From Polyangiaceae bacterium (GTDB taxonomy: Bacteria > Myxococcota_A > Polyangia > Polyangiales > Polyangiaceae): 64,000 nucleotides of DNA. The position numbers and the translations under genes are program-made. This document shows positions 20,406 through 29,696 of this stretch, piece by piece. Numbering within the stretch: the first letter of the stretch is position 1; each line of letters opens with the position of its first letter. Under the pieces are notes generated by a model. That model saw nothing but the letters and a program-made list of their open reading frames with translations, had not been told where the DNA came from and did not search any database. The stretch lies in the NCBI GenBank assembly GCA_965222375.1, contig CBDCTZ010000013.1, forward strand, positions 256,001-320,000. Direction: 5' to 3'.

Positions 20406-21637
20406 TGCACCATCTGGTTCATTTGAATGAGTGGCATCAGAATGGCCATGGCGATGAAGCCAACGATGCCGCCCAAGATCACGATCATGAGAGGCTCGAG
20501 CAGACTCGTGAGAGCGGCCACGCGAGTTTCGACGTCGGACTCGTAGGCCCGCGCCACGTTTTCCAGCATGCTCTCGAGCTGGCCACTGCGCTCACCGACG
20601 GCGATCATGTGGGTGACCATGGGCGGGAAGTGCCCGCTGCGCTTGAGGGGTTCGGCGATGCTTTCTCCCTCACGAATGGAGCCGATGGCCTCGGTGACCA
20701 CGCCCTCCAAGCGCTTGTTGCCCAAGACGTTGCGGCCGATCTCCATGGCCTTGAGCAGCGGCACACCGCTGGCGAGCAGGGTTGCCAAGGTCCGCGCAAA
20801 GCGGGAGAGAGCCACGAGCTGGTTGAGCCGTCCGAAGATGGGCCAGCGCAGACTCATGGAGTCCCACTTCAGTTTGCCTTCCGGGGTTCGATGCCAGCGC
20901 CGGAATGCGAAGAAGCTGACAACACCCAGCATGAGGATCAGCCACCAGTACCCAGACAGCACATCGGATACGAAAATCAGTACCGACGTGTACCAAGGCA
21001 ACGCCTGACCCAAGTTGTCGAAGATGCTGGTGACCTTCGGCACCACGGCGATCATCAAGAAGCTGACCAAGACCGCGCCGATCAGCGTCATCAACACCGG
21101 GTAAGCCAAGGCACCCAGCACTTTGCCCTTCAGCCGAGCCTGCCCCTCCATGAAGTCGGCCAAGCGCTCCAGCACACTCTCCAAGGTGCCGCTCTCCTCT
21201 CCGGCGGCGACCATGTTCACGTACAGTGGTGGGAACACCTTTGGGTGCGCCTCCAGGCTCTTGGCGAAGCCGGTTCCCTCGTTGAGGCTCTCGCGCACGG
21301 TGCTCAAGATGCGCACCAGGGTTTCCTTTTCCACCTGCTCGGAAAGCGCCTGGATGGAATCCAATAGAGGAACGCCAGCACGTACCAACGTCGCGAGCTG
21401 CCGGGTCATGACAGCAATGTCCGCCGACGAAGGACGACGCATGAACGCAAACAGATCGATTTCGCGCTTCTTCTTGGCTTTGCGTTCGCTCTCCTCGGTC
21501 GCCAAGGTGAGCAAAATCCCCTCGCGGCGAAGGGCCGAGCGCAAGGCCTTGACGTTGTCGGCATCCCGATAACCCTTCGCGGGTTTACCGCTTTCGATCT
21601 GGATGCCTTTGTATTCGTAGACCGCCATGATGCTCAC
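20402..21637 (-). CDS. gspF: type II secretion inner-membrane platform protein F
   Basis: MAVYEYKG, TRQLATLVRAGVPL, ALAYP, GERSGQLESML, LLEPLMI. Confidence 0.95.
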   Translation of the reverse strand: MSIMAVYEYKGIQIESGKPAKGYRDADNVKALRSALRREGILLTLATEESERKAKKKREIDLFAFMRRPSSADIAVMTRQLATLVRAGVPLLDSIQALSEQVEKETLVRILSTVRESLNEGTGFAKSLEAHPKVFPPLYVNMVAAGEESGTLESVLERLADFMEGQARLKGKVLGALAYPVLMTLIGAVLVSFLMIAVVPKVTSIFDNLGQALPWYTSVLIFVSDVLSGYWWLILMLGVVSFFAFRRWHRTPEGKLKWDSMSLRWPIFGRLNQLVALSRFARTLATLLASGVPLLKAMEIGRNVLGNKRLEGVVTEAIGSIREGESIAEPLKRSGHFPPMVTHMIAVGERSGQLESMLENVARAYESDVETRVAALTSLLEPLMIVILGGIVGFIAMAILMPLIQMNQMVQ

Positions 21638-23403
21638 TCGTCGACGACGATGTCCTCCTGAGTGGCTGCCACGACTTCCTCGACGGTCGTGATCCCGGCG
21701 AGCACTTTGCGCGCACCGTCATCCCGCAGCGTGTCCATGCCCGAAGCCCGGGCGGCGCGCTTGATGGTCTGCGCGTCAGCGCTCTTGAGCACCAGGCCTC
21801 CGACCGTGTCGTCCATGACGAGCAGCTCGTAGATACCGCCGCGCCCGGTAAAACCTTTGCCCTCGCACGCGTCACAGCCCTTGGCTCGGTACAGGGTTGG
21901 CATCCCAGGCCCCCGCCAGCCCACCGGCGAGTAGGGGACATCGTGAACCTGGTAGTGGCCACTGAGTACCCGCTCGTCCCGCCAACGGGTCCGCTCGGGG
22001 TCGATGCCCAACTGTGTCAACTCGTGGTCGCTGGCCTCGTAGGGCTCCCGACACTCTTTGCACAATAGCCGCACCAAGCGCTGGGCCAGGATGCCGACGA
22101 CGGTGGAGCGCACCAAGAAGGGTTCGATCTCCATCTCTACGAGACGAGTGACCGCGCCGGCAGCATCGTTGGTGTGAATGGTGCTCAGCACCAGGTGACC
22201 GGTCATGGAGGCGTGGATGGCAATCTCTGCCGTTTCACGGTCTCGGATCTCGCCAACCATGATGACGTCCGGGTCTTGCCGCAAAAACGCCCGCAAAGCG
22301 CTGGCGAAGGTGAGCCCTATCTTGGGCTGCACCGGCAACTGATGGATGCCTTGGATCTCGTACTCGACCGGGTCTTCGGCGGTCAGGATGTTGATGTTTG
22401 GCCGATTGATCTTGTTCAGGCAGGCGTACAAGGTCGTCGTCTTGCCGCTGCCCGTGGGGCCTGTGACCAAGATGATTCCATTGGGTCGACGGATGAGCGC
22501 GCTCATGACGTGGTAGTCGCGCTCAGCGAAACCCAGCTCGTTCAAGTCGAGCAAGATGTTGGTCTTGTGCAGAAGCCGCATCACGATGCGCTCGTGATCT
22601 CGGCTGGTCGGAATGGTCGAGACACGGACATCGATGCTGCGGCCCGCGATGCGTAAGGAAATGCGGCCATCCTGAGGCAGTCGCTTTTCTGCAATGTTGA
22701 GCCCGGCCATGATCTTGACGCGGGCCAACACGCTGGAGAGAAACTGGCGACTCGCGCGGCGCGCGACATAAAGCTGGCCATCGATACGGAAACGCACCGC
22801 GACCTCTTTTTCCTCCGGCTCGATGTGAATATCGCTCGCCCGTTCTTTCACCGCACTGAAGAACAAGCCGTTCACCCAGCGAATGATCGGCGCGTCTTCG
22901 TCGGACTCCAGGATGTCGACTTCGTTGTCGTCCCGGATTTCCTCATCGCTCTCGAGTTCGCCGCTGGTGTCTTGACGTTCGTAGACACGGTTGATCGCGT
23001 CCACGACGACGTCGGGAGCGGCCACGTGGGTGACCACTACTTTTCCGAACGTCGCCCGGACATCGTCAATCGCGTCGGTGTCCAAAGGGTCCCCGCACAC
23101 CAGATCGACGTGATCGTCGCTTTCCCCGACCACCAACAGCTTGTGGTTCTTGGCGTAAGTGATGGGAAGCGTCGTGGCCGTCGCTAGGGGCACGGCGTCG
23201 ATATCCACCTTTTGGATGAAGGGAAGCCCACACTCGTCCGCTAACGCCTGCGCCACCTGAGACTCACTCGCCTCTTTGGACTGCACCAGCAGCTCGACGA
23301 GGCCAGTGCCGCGCTCACGCTGTTGCTCGTAGAGGGGCTCCAGCACGTCCGGCGCGACCACGCCACGGCGAATCAAGATGTTGCCGAGGGCGCGCTGCTC
23401 CAC
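21634..23403 (-). CDS. gspE: type II secretion ATPase E
   Basis: ASDIHIEP, GPTGSGKTTTLY Walker A, LRQDPDVIMVGEIRD, TGHLVLSTIHTND, CxxC...CxxC. Confidence 0.96.
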   Translation of the reverse strand: MEQRALGNILIRRGVVAPDVLEPLYEQQRERGTGLVELLVQSKEASESQVAQALADECGLPFIQKVDIDAVPLATATTLPITYAKNHKLLVVGESDDHVDLVCGDPLDTDAIDDVRATFGKVVVTHVAAPDVVVDAINRVYERQDTSGELESDEEIRDDNEVDILESDEDAPIIRWVNGLFFSAVKERASDIHIEPEEKEVAVRFRIDGQLYVARRASRQFLSSVLARVKIMAGLNIAEKRLPQDGRISLRIAGRSIDVRVSTIPTSRDHERIVMRLLHKTNILLDLNELGFAERDYHVMSALIRRPNGIILVTGPTGSGKTTTLYACLNKINRPNINILTAEDPVEYEIQGIHQLPVQPKIGLTFASALRAFLRQDPDVIMVGEIRDRETAEIAIHASMTGHLVLSTIHTNDAAGAVTRLVEMEIEPFLVRSTVVGILAQRLVRLLCKECREPYEASDHELTQLGIDPERTRWRDERVLSGHYQVHDVPYSPVGWRGPGMPTLYRAKGCDACEGKGFTGRGGIYELLVMDDTVGGLVLKSADAQTIKRAARASGMDTLRDDGARKVLAGITTVEEVVAATQEDIVVDE

Positions 23404-23405
23404 CG

Positions 23406-25928
23406 CTACTCCACCCGTTGAACGCTACGCGCGACTGGGTTGATGTTGATAGCAGGCTGTGGCGGCAGCTCCGTGCGTGGACGCGGCGCCGGCCGAGCCG
23501 GGGGCCGCACCGGCGTCTTGGGTCGCGGGCGGGGTCGCGGGCGAGGACGCGGGCGAGCAGCCGGGGGCTTTGGAGCGGCGCCGGCGGGCTTGGCCACGTG
23601 CGGCAGCTCGATGGGCTCCGAGGGTTTGTGCTCCTTGGGGCCTTGGGGCGCGCTTTCCTTCTCCAAGCGGAGGCGCTCATCCAACTGCCGATACGCCTGA
23701 CGGATGTCTTCCACCAAGCCATTGGTGCGGGTGTAGTCCCGGGGCGGCGTCCAGTTCTGACCCGAGAACACGAAGTAGCGGTCCAGGAACTCCTGGCGCT
23801 CCTGCATCTTGCGCTCGAAGATCTTGCGCAGGTCGGTCTGATTGCTGATCACCGTCGGGGTCAAGATGAGCAGCAGGTTCGTCTTCCGGGTGGCTTCTTC
23901 CGTCTGTCGAAACAGAAAGCCCAGCACCGGTAAGTCCCCCAGCACGGGCACTTTGCGACGGCTCTTGACGACGGCGTCGCGCATCAACCCGCCGATGACG
24001 ATGGTCTGCTGGTCGTCCACCACCACGGTGGTGTTCGCAGTGCGCTTGGTGATCGACACGGCGCCGAGGGCACCGCTGGTAGCGCCTCGCTCGCTGATCT
24101 CCTGCTCGATTTCCAGGCGGACCTGATTCGACTCGTTGATGTGGGGTGTGACCTTGATCTTCGTGCCGACGTCCTGGCGCGGCGTATTGAAACCCTGGCC
24201 GCCGAGGAACTGCAGCGGGTTCACCTGGCCAGCGGGCTGTCCGGGGATGGGAAACGGCAGACCGGCACCGCCTCCGCCCAAGTTCTCCTGCAGGGGGATG
24301 TTCTCACCAACGCTGATTTCGGCCGGCGTGTTGTCCGTGGCGAGAATGTGAGGCGTGGCCAACACATTTGCGTCGCCACTCTGCGCCAGGGCGTTGAGCA
24401 CGATGCCGAAAGCGGGAATCGAAAGGCCTGTGGGCAGCAAGTTGCTCGTGCCCGCGAGCTCCGGACCCCGAGCGCCGAGGGCAACGCCCTGAAGCAGATC
24501 CGGGTTGGCGGGAAAGGTCAGAGAGTTGCCCGCCTCGAAGCCGCCGAGAAAGAGCGAGTCACTGCCGCCGCCCAAGTCCGCGGTGGTACCACCGTGAAAC
24601 GAAACGCCCAATCGCATCGAGTGGTCGATGGACACGTCCATGATCACCGCCTCGATGAATACCTGGCGGCGCGCCATGTCGAGGCGGTCGACGACCAAGC
24701 GCATGTTCGCGTAGTCCCGCCCCGATGACGTGATGATGAGGGAGTTCGTGGCCTTGTCGGGAATGACCTTGACCTCGCCGTCGAACATGCCGCCGCCCGT
24801 GCCGCCCCCAGGTTGGCCCGGCTGACCAGGCCGCCCGCCGGCGGAACCCGTGAGCATCTGGTTGAGCACGTTGGCCAGCTCCTCCGCCGTCGCATGCTGC
24901 AGAGGCAACACCCGCACGCGCCCCTCGGAGGTGGGCTTGACGTCGACCCGCTTGAGCAACTGCAAAAGCTTCAGGTACGAGTCCTCAGTACCAACCACGA
25001 TCAAAGAGTTGGTCTGCTCGTCGGCGACGACTTTGCTCAAACCTCCCCCGCCCCCGCCTCCGGGCTGACCGGGCTTACCGCCGGACAACTCGAATAGCTC
25101 GTTGATGCGCTTGGCCATGTCCGCCGCTGAACCGTAGTGCACGGGCTCGATCCACATCCGACTGCCGGCACCACCGACGTCGATCTCTTCAATCAATCGG
25201 ATCATGCGTCGGACCTGGGAACCCGTGTCCGTGATGATGAGCAACTGCCCCGGCGCGTGAATGCTCAAGTCGCCTTCTTTGCTCTTGAACTTGGTGAGCA
25301 ATTGGCTCGCTTCTTCAGCCGAAACGTATTTCAGTCGGTATAGCCGGGTGATGAAGCGATCGACATTGGGCACCGGAGCGCCCCGGGAGTACACCGGCGT
25401 GGTCCGGGCAACGACGCCGCCACTGTCCACGATCTTCAAGAAGCGACCGTGAGGAATGACCGTCATCCCATTCGCTTCGAGGATTGACAGGAACGCCTGA
25501 TACGCTTCAGCCAGGCTGACCGGCGCCGGAGAAACGACGGTAGCCTTGATCTGTCGGATCTTCGGTCCATAGATGAACCGCTTGCCGGTCATTCCGCTGA
25601 TGTGATTGACCAACTCCGCAAGGTCCGCGTCCTGCAGGTTGAACTTGACCTTGTGCCCCATGGGCTTGGCCTTGAAGGGCACGCCCGCCGCTTTGGCGAT
25701 GGAGTCCATGTTGTTGGGCAGCGCGCCCTTGGCCCCAGGGGGCGGCTTGTCCGGTACCGCCGCAGGTTTGCCGGTGGCGGGCTGCTTGGGCAACTTCAAC
25801 GGGTTGCGCGGTGCCGCCGCTCCAGGCTTGGAACGGATCGGCGGAGCTTGCTGCGCGAAGGCGATACTGGACACGCCTGCAAGGACGAGCGCCAATCCAG
25901 TGGCTTTGAATCGGAGACTGCGGGTCAT
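23406..25928 (-). CDS. gspD: type II secretion secretin D
   Basis: signal peptide, N domains (ADEQTNSLIV, DKATNSLII), QVFIEAVIMDV, KVPVLGDLPVLGFLF; Pro/Arg-rich tail. Confidence 0.95.
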   Translation of the reverse strand: MTRSLRFKATGLALVLAGVSSIAFAQQAPPIRSKPGAAAPRNPLKLPKQPATGKPAAVPDKPPPGAKGALPNNMDSIAKAAGVPFKAKPMGHKVKFNLQDADLAELVNHISGMTGKRFIYGPKIRQIKATVVSPAPVSLAEAYQAFLSILEANGMTVIPHGRFLKIVDSGGVVARTTPVYSRGAPVPNVDRFITRLYRLKYVSAEEASQLLTKFKSKEGDLSIHAPGQLLIITDTGSQVRRMIRLIEEIDVGGAGSRMWIEPVHYGSAADMAKRINELFELSGGKPGQPGGGGGGGLSKVVADEQTNSLIVVGTEDSYLKLLQLLKRVDVKPTSEGRVRVLPLQHATAEELANVLNQMLTGSAGGRPGQPGQPGGGTGGGMFDGEVKVIPDKATNSLIITSSGRDYANMRLVVDRLDMARRQVFIEAVIMDVSIDHSMRLGVSFHGGTTADLGGGSDSLFLGGFEAGNSLTFPANPDLLQGVALGARGPELAGTSNLLPTGLSIPAFGIVLNALAQSGDANVLATPHILATDNTPAEISVGENIPLQENLGGGGAGLPFPIPGQPAGQVNPLQFLGGQGFNTPRQDVGTKIKVTPHINESNQVRLEIEQEISERGATSGALGAVSITKRTANTTVVVDDQQTIVIGGLMRDAVVKSRRKVPVLGDLPVLGFLFRQTEEATRKTNLLLILTPTVISNQTDLRKIFERKMQERQEFLDRYFVFSGQNWTPPRDYTRTNGLVEDIRQAYRQLDERLRLEKESAPQGPKEHKPSEPIELPHVAKPAGAAPKPPAARPRPRPRPRPRPKTPVRPPARPAPRPRTELPPQPAININPVARSVQRVE

Positions 25929-25932
25929 CGGC

Positions 25933-26931
25933 TCACTTGATTCGGAAATCGATGCTCATGGGTTTTCCGCGCCGGTTGACCTTCACGTTCAGGTTGCTTG
26001 CCGTACGCAGACGGGCATAGGCCTCGAGGGCTTTCTCGGGGCTGGCCATGTTGAAACCGTTGATGGACTCCAGCCGGTCGCCGTTCTGGAATCCCAAGGT
26101 GCCGAGCAAGGTGTCCTTGCGGATCCCGAACATGCGAATACCGACGACCTTGCCGGCCTGCTGCTCGGGCACGATGCGCGCCGAGCGCATCAGCTCGGCC
26201 TGGTTTTCCAGGATCTTGTCGACCACCGAGCGGTCCACGTTGAACTCGGTTTCGCTGATCTTCTGGATCTTGTTCTTGATGTCGTCGGGCACCTTCGAGG
26301 GCCCGCGACGCCCGGGCCGCTTGGGCCTTGTGGGCGCGGGCTTCGCCGCGACCTTCTTGGGCTGGGCGGCGGGCTGCGGTGCGAACAGCAGCGCCTGACA
26401 CAAGGACGACCCCTCACGCATCCACACGGCCGGGCTCGCTTCCACCGGGTTGTAGCCGATGTACTCGACGGCGCTGTTGCCCACCTGGTCCCCGGCACGC
26501 CGAATCGTGGGCTTGGCATCCCCGGGCCCTTGCAGCGCAGCAATGGACCACAGCGGATCCGGCGACTCGGTGACGATGCTGACCCGAACGCTCGAACAAC
26601 GCGGCGCCGCCAAAGGGTTCGACAGGTCCACCTCGGAGCCTGGGTCGTCAGGCATCTCGAGGGGCTTGGCGTTCAGCGGACCGGTGACGTGATCAAAGGG
26701 GTTGCGGGATAGAATCGGTTCCGCGCTCTTGGATCGCTTCGTGGCCTTCTGGGCCATCAATTTGGCGACGTCCGGGGATTGTTTCGGCTTCGAAGCCAGC
26801 AGCTTCTCGTCCACGGACAGCGCCGCACCGAACAACTCCGTCGTGCCCGAAGCCTGGAAGTAAGCCATCATCGCGACCATTGTCAGGATCACGACGGTGA
26901 AATACTTCTTGAGTAGGGCGTCGATGGGCAC
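25933..26931 (-). CDS. gspC: type II secretion protein C with PDZ domain
   Basis: N-terminal TM, RNPF motif, C-terminal PDZ (LGFQNGDRLESINGF). Confidence 0.9.
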   Translation of the reverse strand: MPIDALLKKYFTVVILTMVAMMAYFQASGTTELFGAALSVDEKLLASKPKQSPDVAKLMAQKATKRSKSAEPILSRNPFDHVTGPLNAKPLEMPDDPGSEVDLSNPLAAPRCSSVRVSIVTESPDPLWSIAALQGPGDAKPTIRRAGDQVGNSAVEYIGYNPVEASPAVWMREGSSLCQALLFAPQPAAQPKKVAAKPAPTRPKRPGRRGPSKVPDDIKNKIQKISETEFNVDRSVVDKILENQAELMRSARIVPEQQAGKVVGIRMFGIRKDTLLGTLGFQNGDRLESINGFNMASPEKALEAYARLRTASNLNVKVNRRGKPMSIDFRIK

Positions 26932-27067
26932 GAGAGCTAGGTTTGTCGTTCAGTCCGTCCCTCTGGATGCACCCGTCGCGGACGCCCCGCAGGCAGCGCC
27001 TGCGAGAGGGGGCCGGCATATCGGCGGGCCCCCAGGAGGGAACACAGAGATGTGCGGCACTCCTTAG

Positions 27068-27083
27068 AGCGAAACCCGTGCCA
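27068..27083 (-). promoter_or_regulatory. sigma54 -24/-12 promoter of the gsp operon
   Basis: minus strand TGGCACGGGTTTCGCT (GG-N10-GC), ~135 bp upstream of gspC start. Confidence 0.8.
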
Positions 27084-27176
27084 GGGGTCAATGGGCAAAA
27101 ACATGCGAAATCCTTGAACTTGTTTGCGCAGCCCCGCGCCATCCTGACAGAAACGGTGCGTAACAAGCGTGCAGGG

Positions 27177-27189
27177 TGACATTCTGTCA
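27177..27189. promoter_or_regulatory. palindromic candidate enhancer (bEBP) site
   Basis: TGACA-TTC-TGTCA perfect inverted repeat ~95 bp upstream of the sigma54 -24 element. Confidence 0.5.
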
Positions 27190-27253
27190 ATCCATTCTTC
27201 GTGGCGCCGCATCCTCAGTCGGGACAGGGTCTCGACACCGAAGGAGGTGCCCC

Positions 27254-27499
27254 ATGGCAAAGCACAACAATTTCAACGACCTCCCGTCCTTTCGAACGCA
27301 CGAGCAAGCGCCAGCGCGGCTACCCGTCCGAAACGCGGGTGAAACGCGGCTACCGCGTGGTGCATGGCGACAAGGTCCTGGAAGAGAAGTTGGGCCGAAA
27401 CGATCCCCGTCCCTGCGGCTCTGGCCACCGCTTTTAGGCGCTGTTGCCTGAGATCCGGCCGCTTCGAGGGCGCCAATCGTCAGGATTATTTTTAGGTAG
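27254..27499 (+). CDS. small SEC-C zinc-binding protein split over reading frames (programmed +1 frameshifts or pseudogene)
   Basis: AAGGAGGT SD + ATG 27254; frame+1 ...[19 protein letters not shown]; next frame [19 protein letters not shown] completes SEC-C motif. Confidence 0.7.
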
Positions 27500-27613
27500 A
27501 GGCAACAGAGCTGAACTGGCGCGACCCTGCGCAAACCGCGGGGCCGCTCGCACGCGGTGCGAATGCGGGCGGCGGCTCCGCGCTGGCGGGCCATGCCCCG
27601 CGCACGGGGCGCC

Positions 27614-29104
27614 TTAGCGGCGCTTCTTCGAATCGAGTGCCGCTTCGATCCGCTCGCAGCACGCCTCCAGCACTTTGACTCGGGCGTAGCGCTTGTCCTC
27701 TGCCTCCACGAGGACCCAGGGAGCAAACTCCGTACTCGTGCGTTCGACCATCTCCGATGCCGCTTCTTCGTAGGCGTTCCACTTCTCCCGATTGCGGAAG
27801 TCCTCGGGACCGAGCTTGTAGTGCTTCCAGGGCTCACGCTCCCTGGCTTGGAAGCGCGCGAGTTGCTCTTCGCGGCTGATGTGCATCCAGTACTTCACGA
27901 CGATAGTGCCGTGCTCAACGAGCTGTTCTTCGAAGTCGTTGATCTCTTTGAAGCTGCGACGCCATTGCTGCTCAGTGGCGAAGCCCTCCACTCGTTCGAC
28001 CAATACTCGTCCGTACCAGCTGCGATCGTAAATGCTCACTTGGCCGCGCCGGGGCAGGTGCCGCCAAAACCTCCACAAGTAGTGATGCGCACGCTCTTCG
28101 TCCGTCGGTGCCGCGACTGAAATCAGGCGATACTGCCTCGCATCCAGCGCGCGCGTGATTCGCCGGATCGCGCCTCCTTTGCCCCCGGCGTCCCAACCCT
28201 CGAACACCAGAGTCAATCCGCGCTTTTTCTTCCGGATCTTGCGACTCAGGGCGTTGAGGCGAGCCTGCGCGACTTCGAGTCGCTCGGTGTACTCGCCACG
28301 CTCGAGCTTCTTACCCAGGTCGAGAGTATCCAAGATGGTGTCGGGATCCGGCGCTTCGATGCTGGCGGGCTTGCGCTCCCCAGACGCCGGCGGCGACTCC
28401 AACCGCGTGGCGATGCGTTCCGCGAGGTGTTCTGCAATGGCTACGTTGCGATAGTTCGGATCCGTGCCCTCGATGATTGTCCAGGGTGCCAGGCCCGTAC
28501 TGGTGTGACGAATTGCGCGCTCGCAGACGCTTCGGAACTCCGCGTAGCGATCGTGGCGCTTCCAGTCTTCGTCTGTCACCCGCCAACGTGTGCGCTTGGA
28601 CTTGGACAGTTTCTTGAAGCGCTTCTTCTGCTCGGCCCTGCTGATGTGGATCCAAAACTTGACGACCAGCGTGCCATTCAGCGCCAGCCCGCGCTCGAAG
28701 TCGATGGCGCGCTGCATCGCGAAGTCCAGATCTGCATCGGTGCTCGAACCCATCACGCGTCGAACGATCGGGTCCGTGTACCAAGAGCCGAGGAAGACTG
28801 CGACTGTGCCCTTGGGGGGTGTTGCCATCCAGAAACGCCAAAAGCTGGGACGCTCTCGCTCTTCCTCGGAGGGTGGCCCCAAAGCATGAGTGACCAGGTG
28901 GCGTGCATCCATCCATTCGAACAGCAGGTTGAGCACATCGCCTTTTCCCGCGCCCTCCACGCCGCCGATGAGCACCACCACAGAGAACTGGGGATCGTCC
29001 ACGAGCTGGTGCTGCAACTGAAGCAGCCGTGTACGTACCTCCCCGCTTCGTTTCTCGTGCTCGTCCTTGCTCAGCTTCCGATGTAGCTCCGCAGTCTCGA
29101 ACAT
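27614..29104 (-). CDS. ppk2: polyphosphate:AMP phosphotransferase, two-domain PPK2 family
   Basis: GVEGAGKG and FEGWDAGGKGGAI P-loops, DRSWYGRVLVERVEG; likely start MFETAEL (ATG 29104; ORF extends to 29131). Confidence 0.93.
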   Translation of the reverse strand: MFETAELHRKLSKDEHEKRSGEVRTRLLQLQHQLVDDPQFSVVVLIGGVEGAGKGDVLNLLFEWMDARHLVTHALGPPSEEERERPSFWRFWMATPPKGTVAVFLGSWYTDPIVRRVMGSSTDADLDFAMQRAIDFERGLALNGTLVVKFWIHISRAEQKKRFKKLSKSKRTRWRVTDEDWKRHDRYAEFRSVCERAIRHTSTGLAPWTIIEGTDPNYRNVAIAEHLAERIATRLESPPASGERKPASIEAPDPDTILDTLDLGKKLERGEYTERLEVAQARLNALSRKIRKKKRGLTLVFEGWDAGGKGGAIRRITRALDARQYRLISVAAPTDEERAHHYLWRFWRHLPRRGQVSIYDRSWYGRVLVERVEGFATEQQWRRSFKEINDFEEQLVEHGTIVVKYWMHISREEQLARFQAREREPWKHYKLGPEDFRNREKWNAYEEAASEMVERTSTEFAPWVLVEAEDKRYARVKVLEACCERIEAALDSKKRR

Positions 29105-29485
29105 GGCCTCAGGGTAACGCGCCTCGCGCATCGAGCAGCGCGAAGATTGTGCGCGCCACCCGCAAGTCTTGCCTCATCCACCCGGTACGTCGATGTATCG
29201 TCCAGCTCGCGATGAGCAACTAGGGAGGCAGCGCGCACAGCACACCCCGGGCGCCCGCTACATGTCCAATTAGACATTGCTCATGGCTTCAATAGTAGCG
29301 GCCTTTCTCGTCGTCGAATGCGGGATGCGTATCGCCCAGGTCGAGCCCGTTCCGTTCCGAAAATCCAAACATCGTCCACCCCAGCGCCGCCGCCCACGAA
29401 GTCATCGCCACCGCCCTCGCCGGTTCCCTGCGCTGAAACCGGTAAAGTTTCTTCGGTTTCTCGACCTTCCCGCTCGGAACCACGG

Positions 29486-29518
29486 CTTGGCGGCCTTGGC
29501 GTTCTTGGCGACTTGGCG
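29486..29518. repeat. short CTTGGCG (CGCCAAG) repeat, four copies at 8-9 bp period
   Basis: CTTGGCG at 29486, 29495, 29504, 29512 in intergenic DNA. Confidence 0.75.
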
Positions 29519-29696
29519 GTTCTCCTCCAAGGCCTCAGCCAGGACAAGCGCCACACCCTCGAAGGAGGGCGGAGATCTGTAGAATCATGAGCCGACCCGG
29601 TAAGAACTCCCGATGACGCCTCGAGACGCCACATCCCCGAAAAAACAATCGGGCGACTTACCGAAGCCAATCACGGCGCGGCGTGCGCCACGGCGG

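Noticed and set aside
29281..29670. 129-aa and overlapping short ORFs
   Set aside because: No motif, RBS or consistent frame; treated as intergenic
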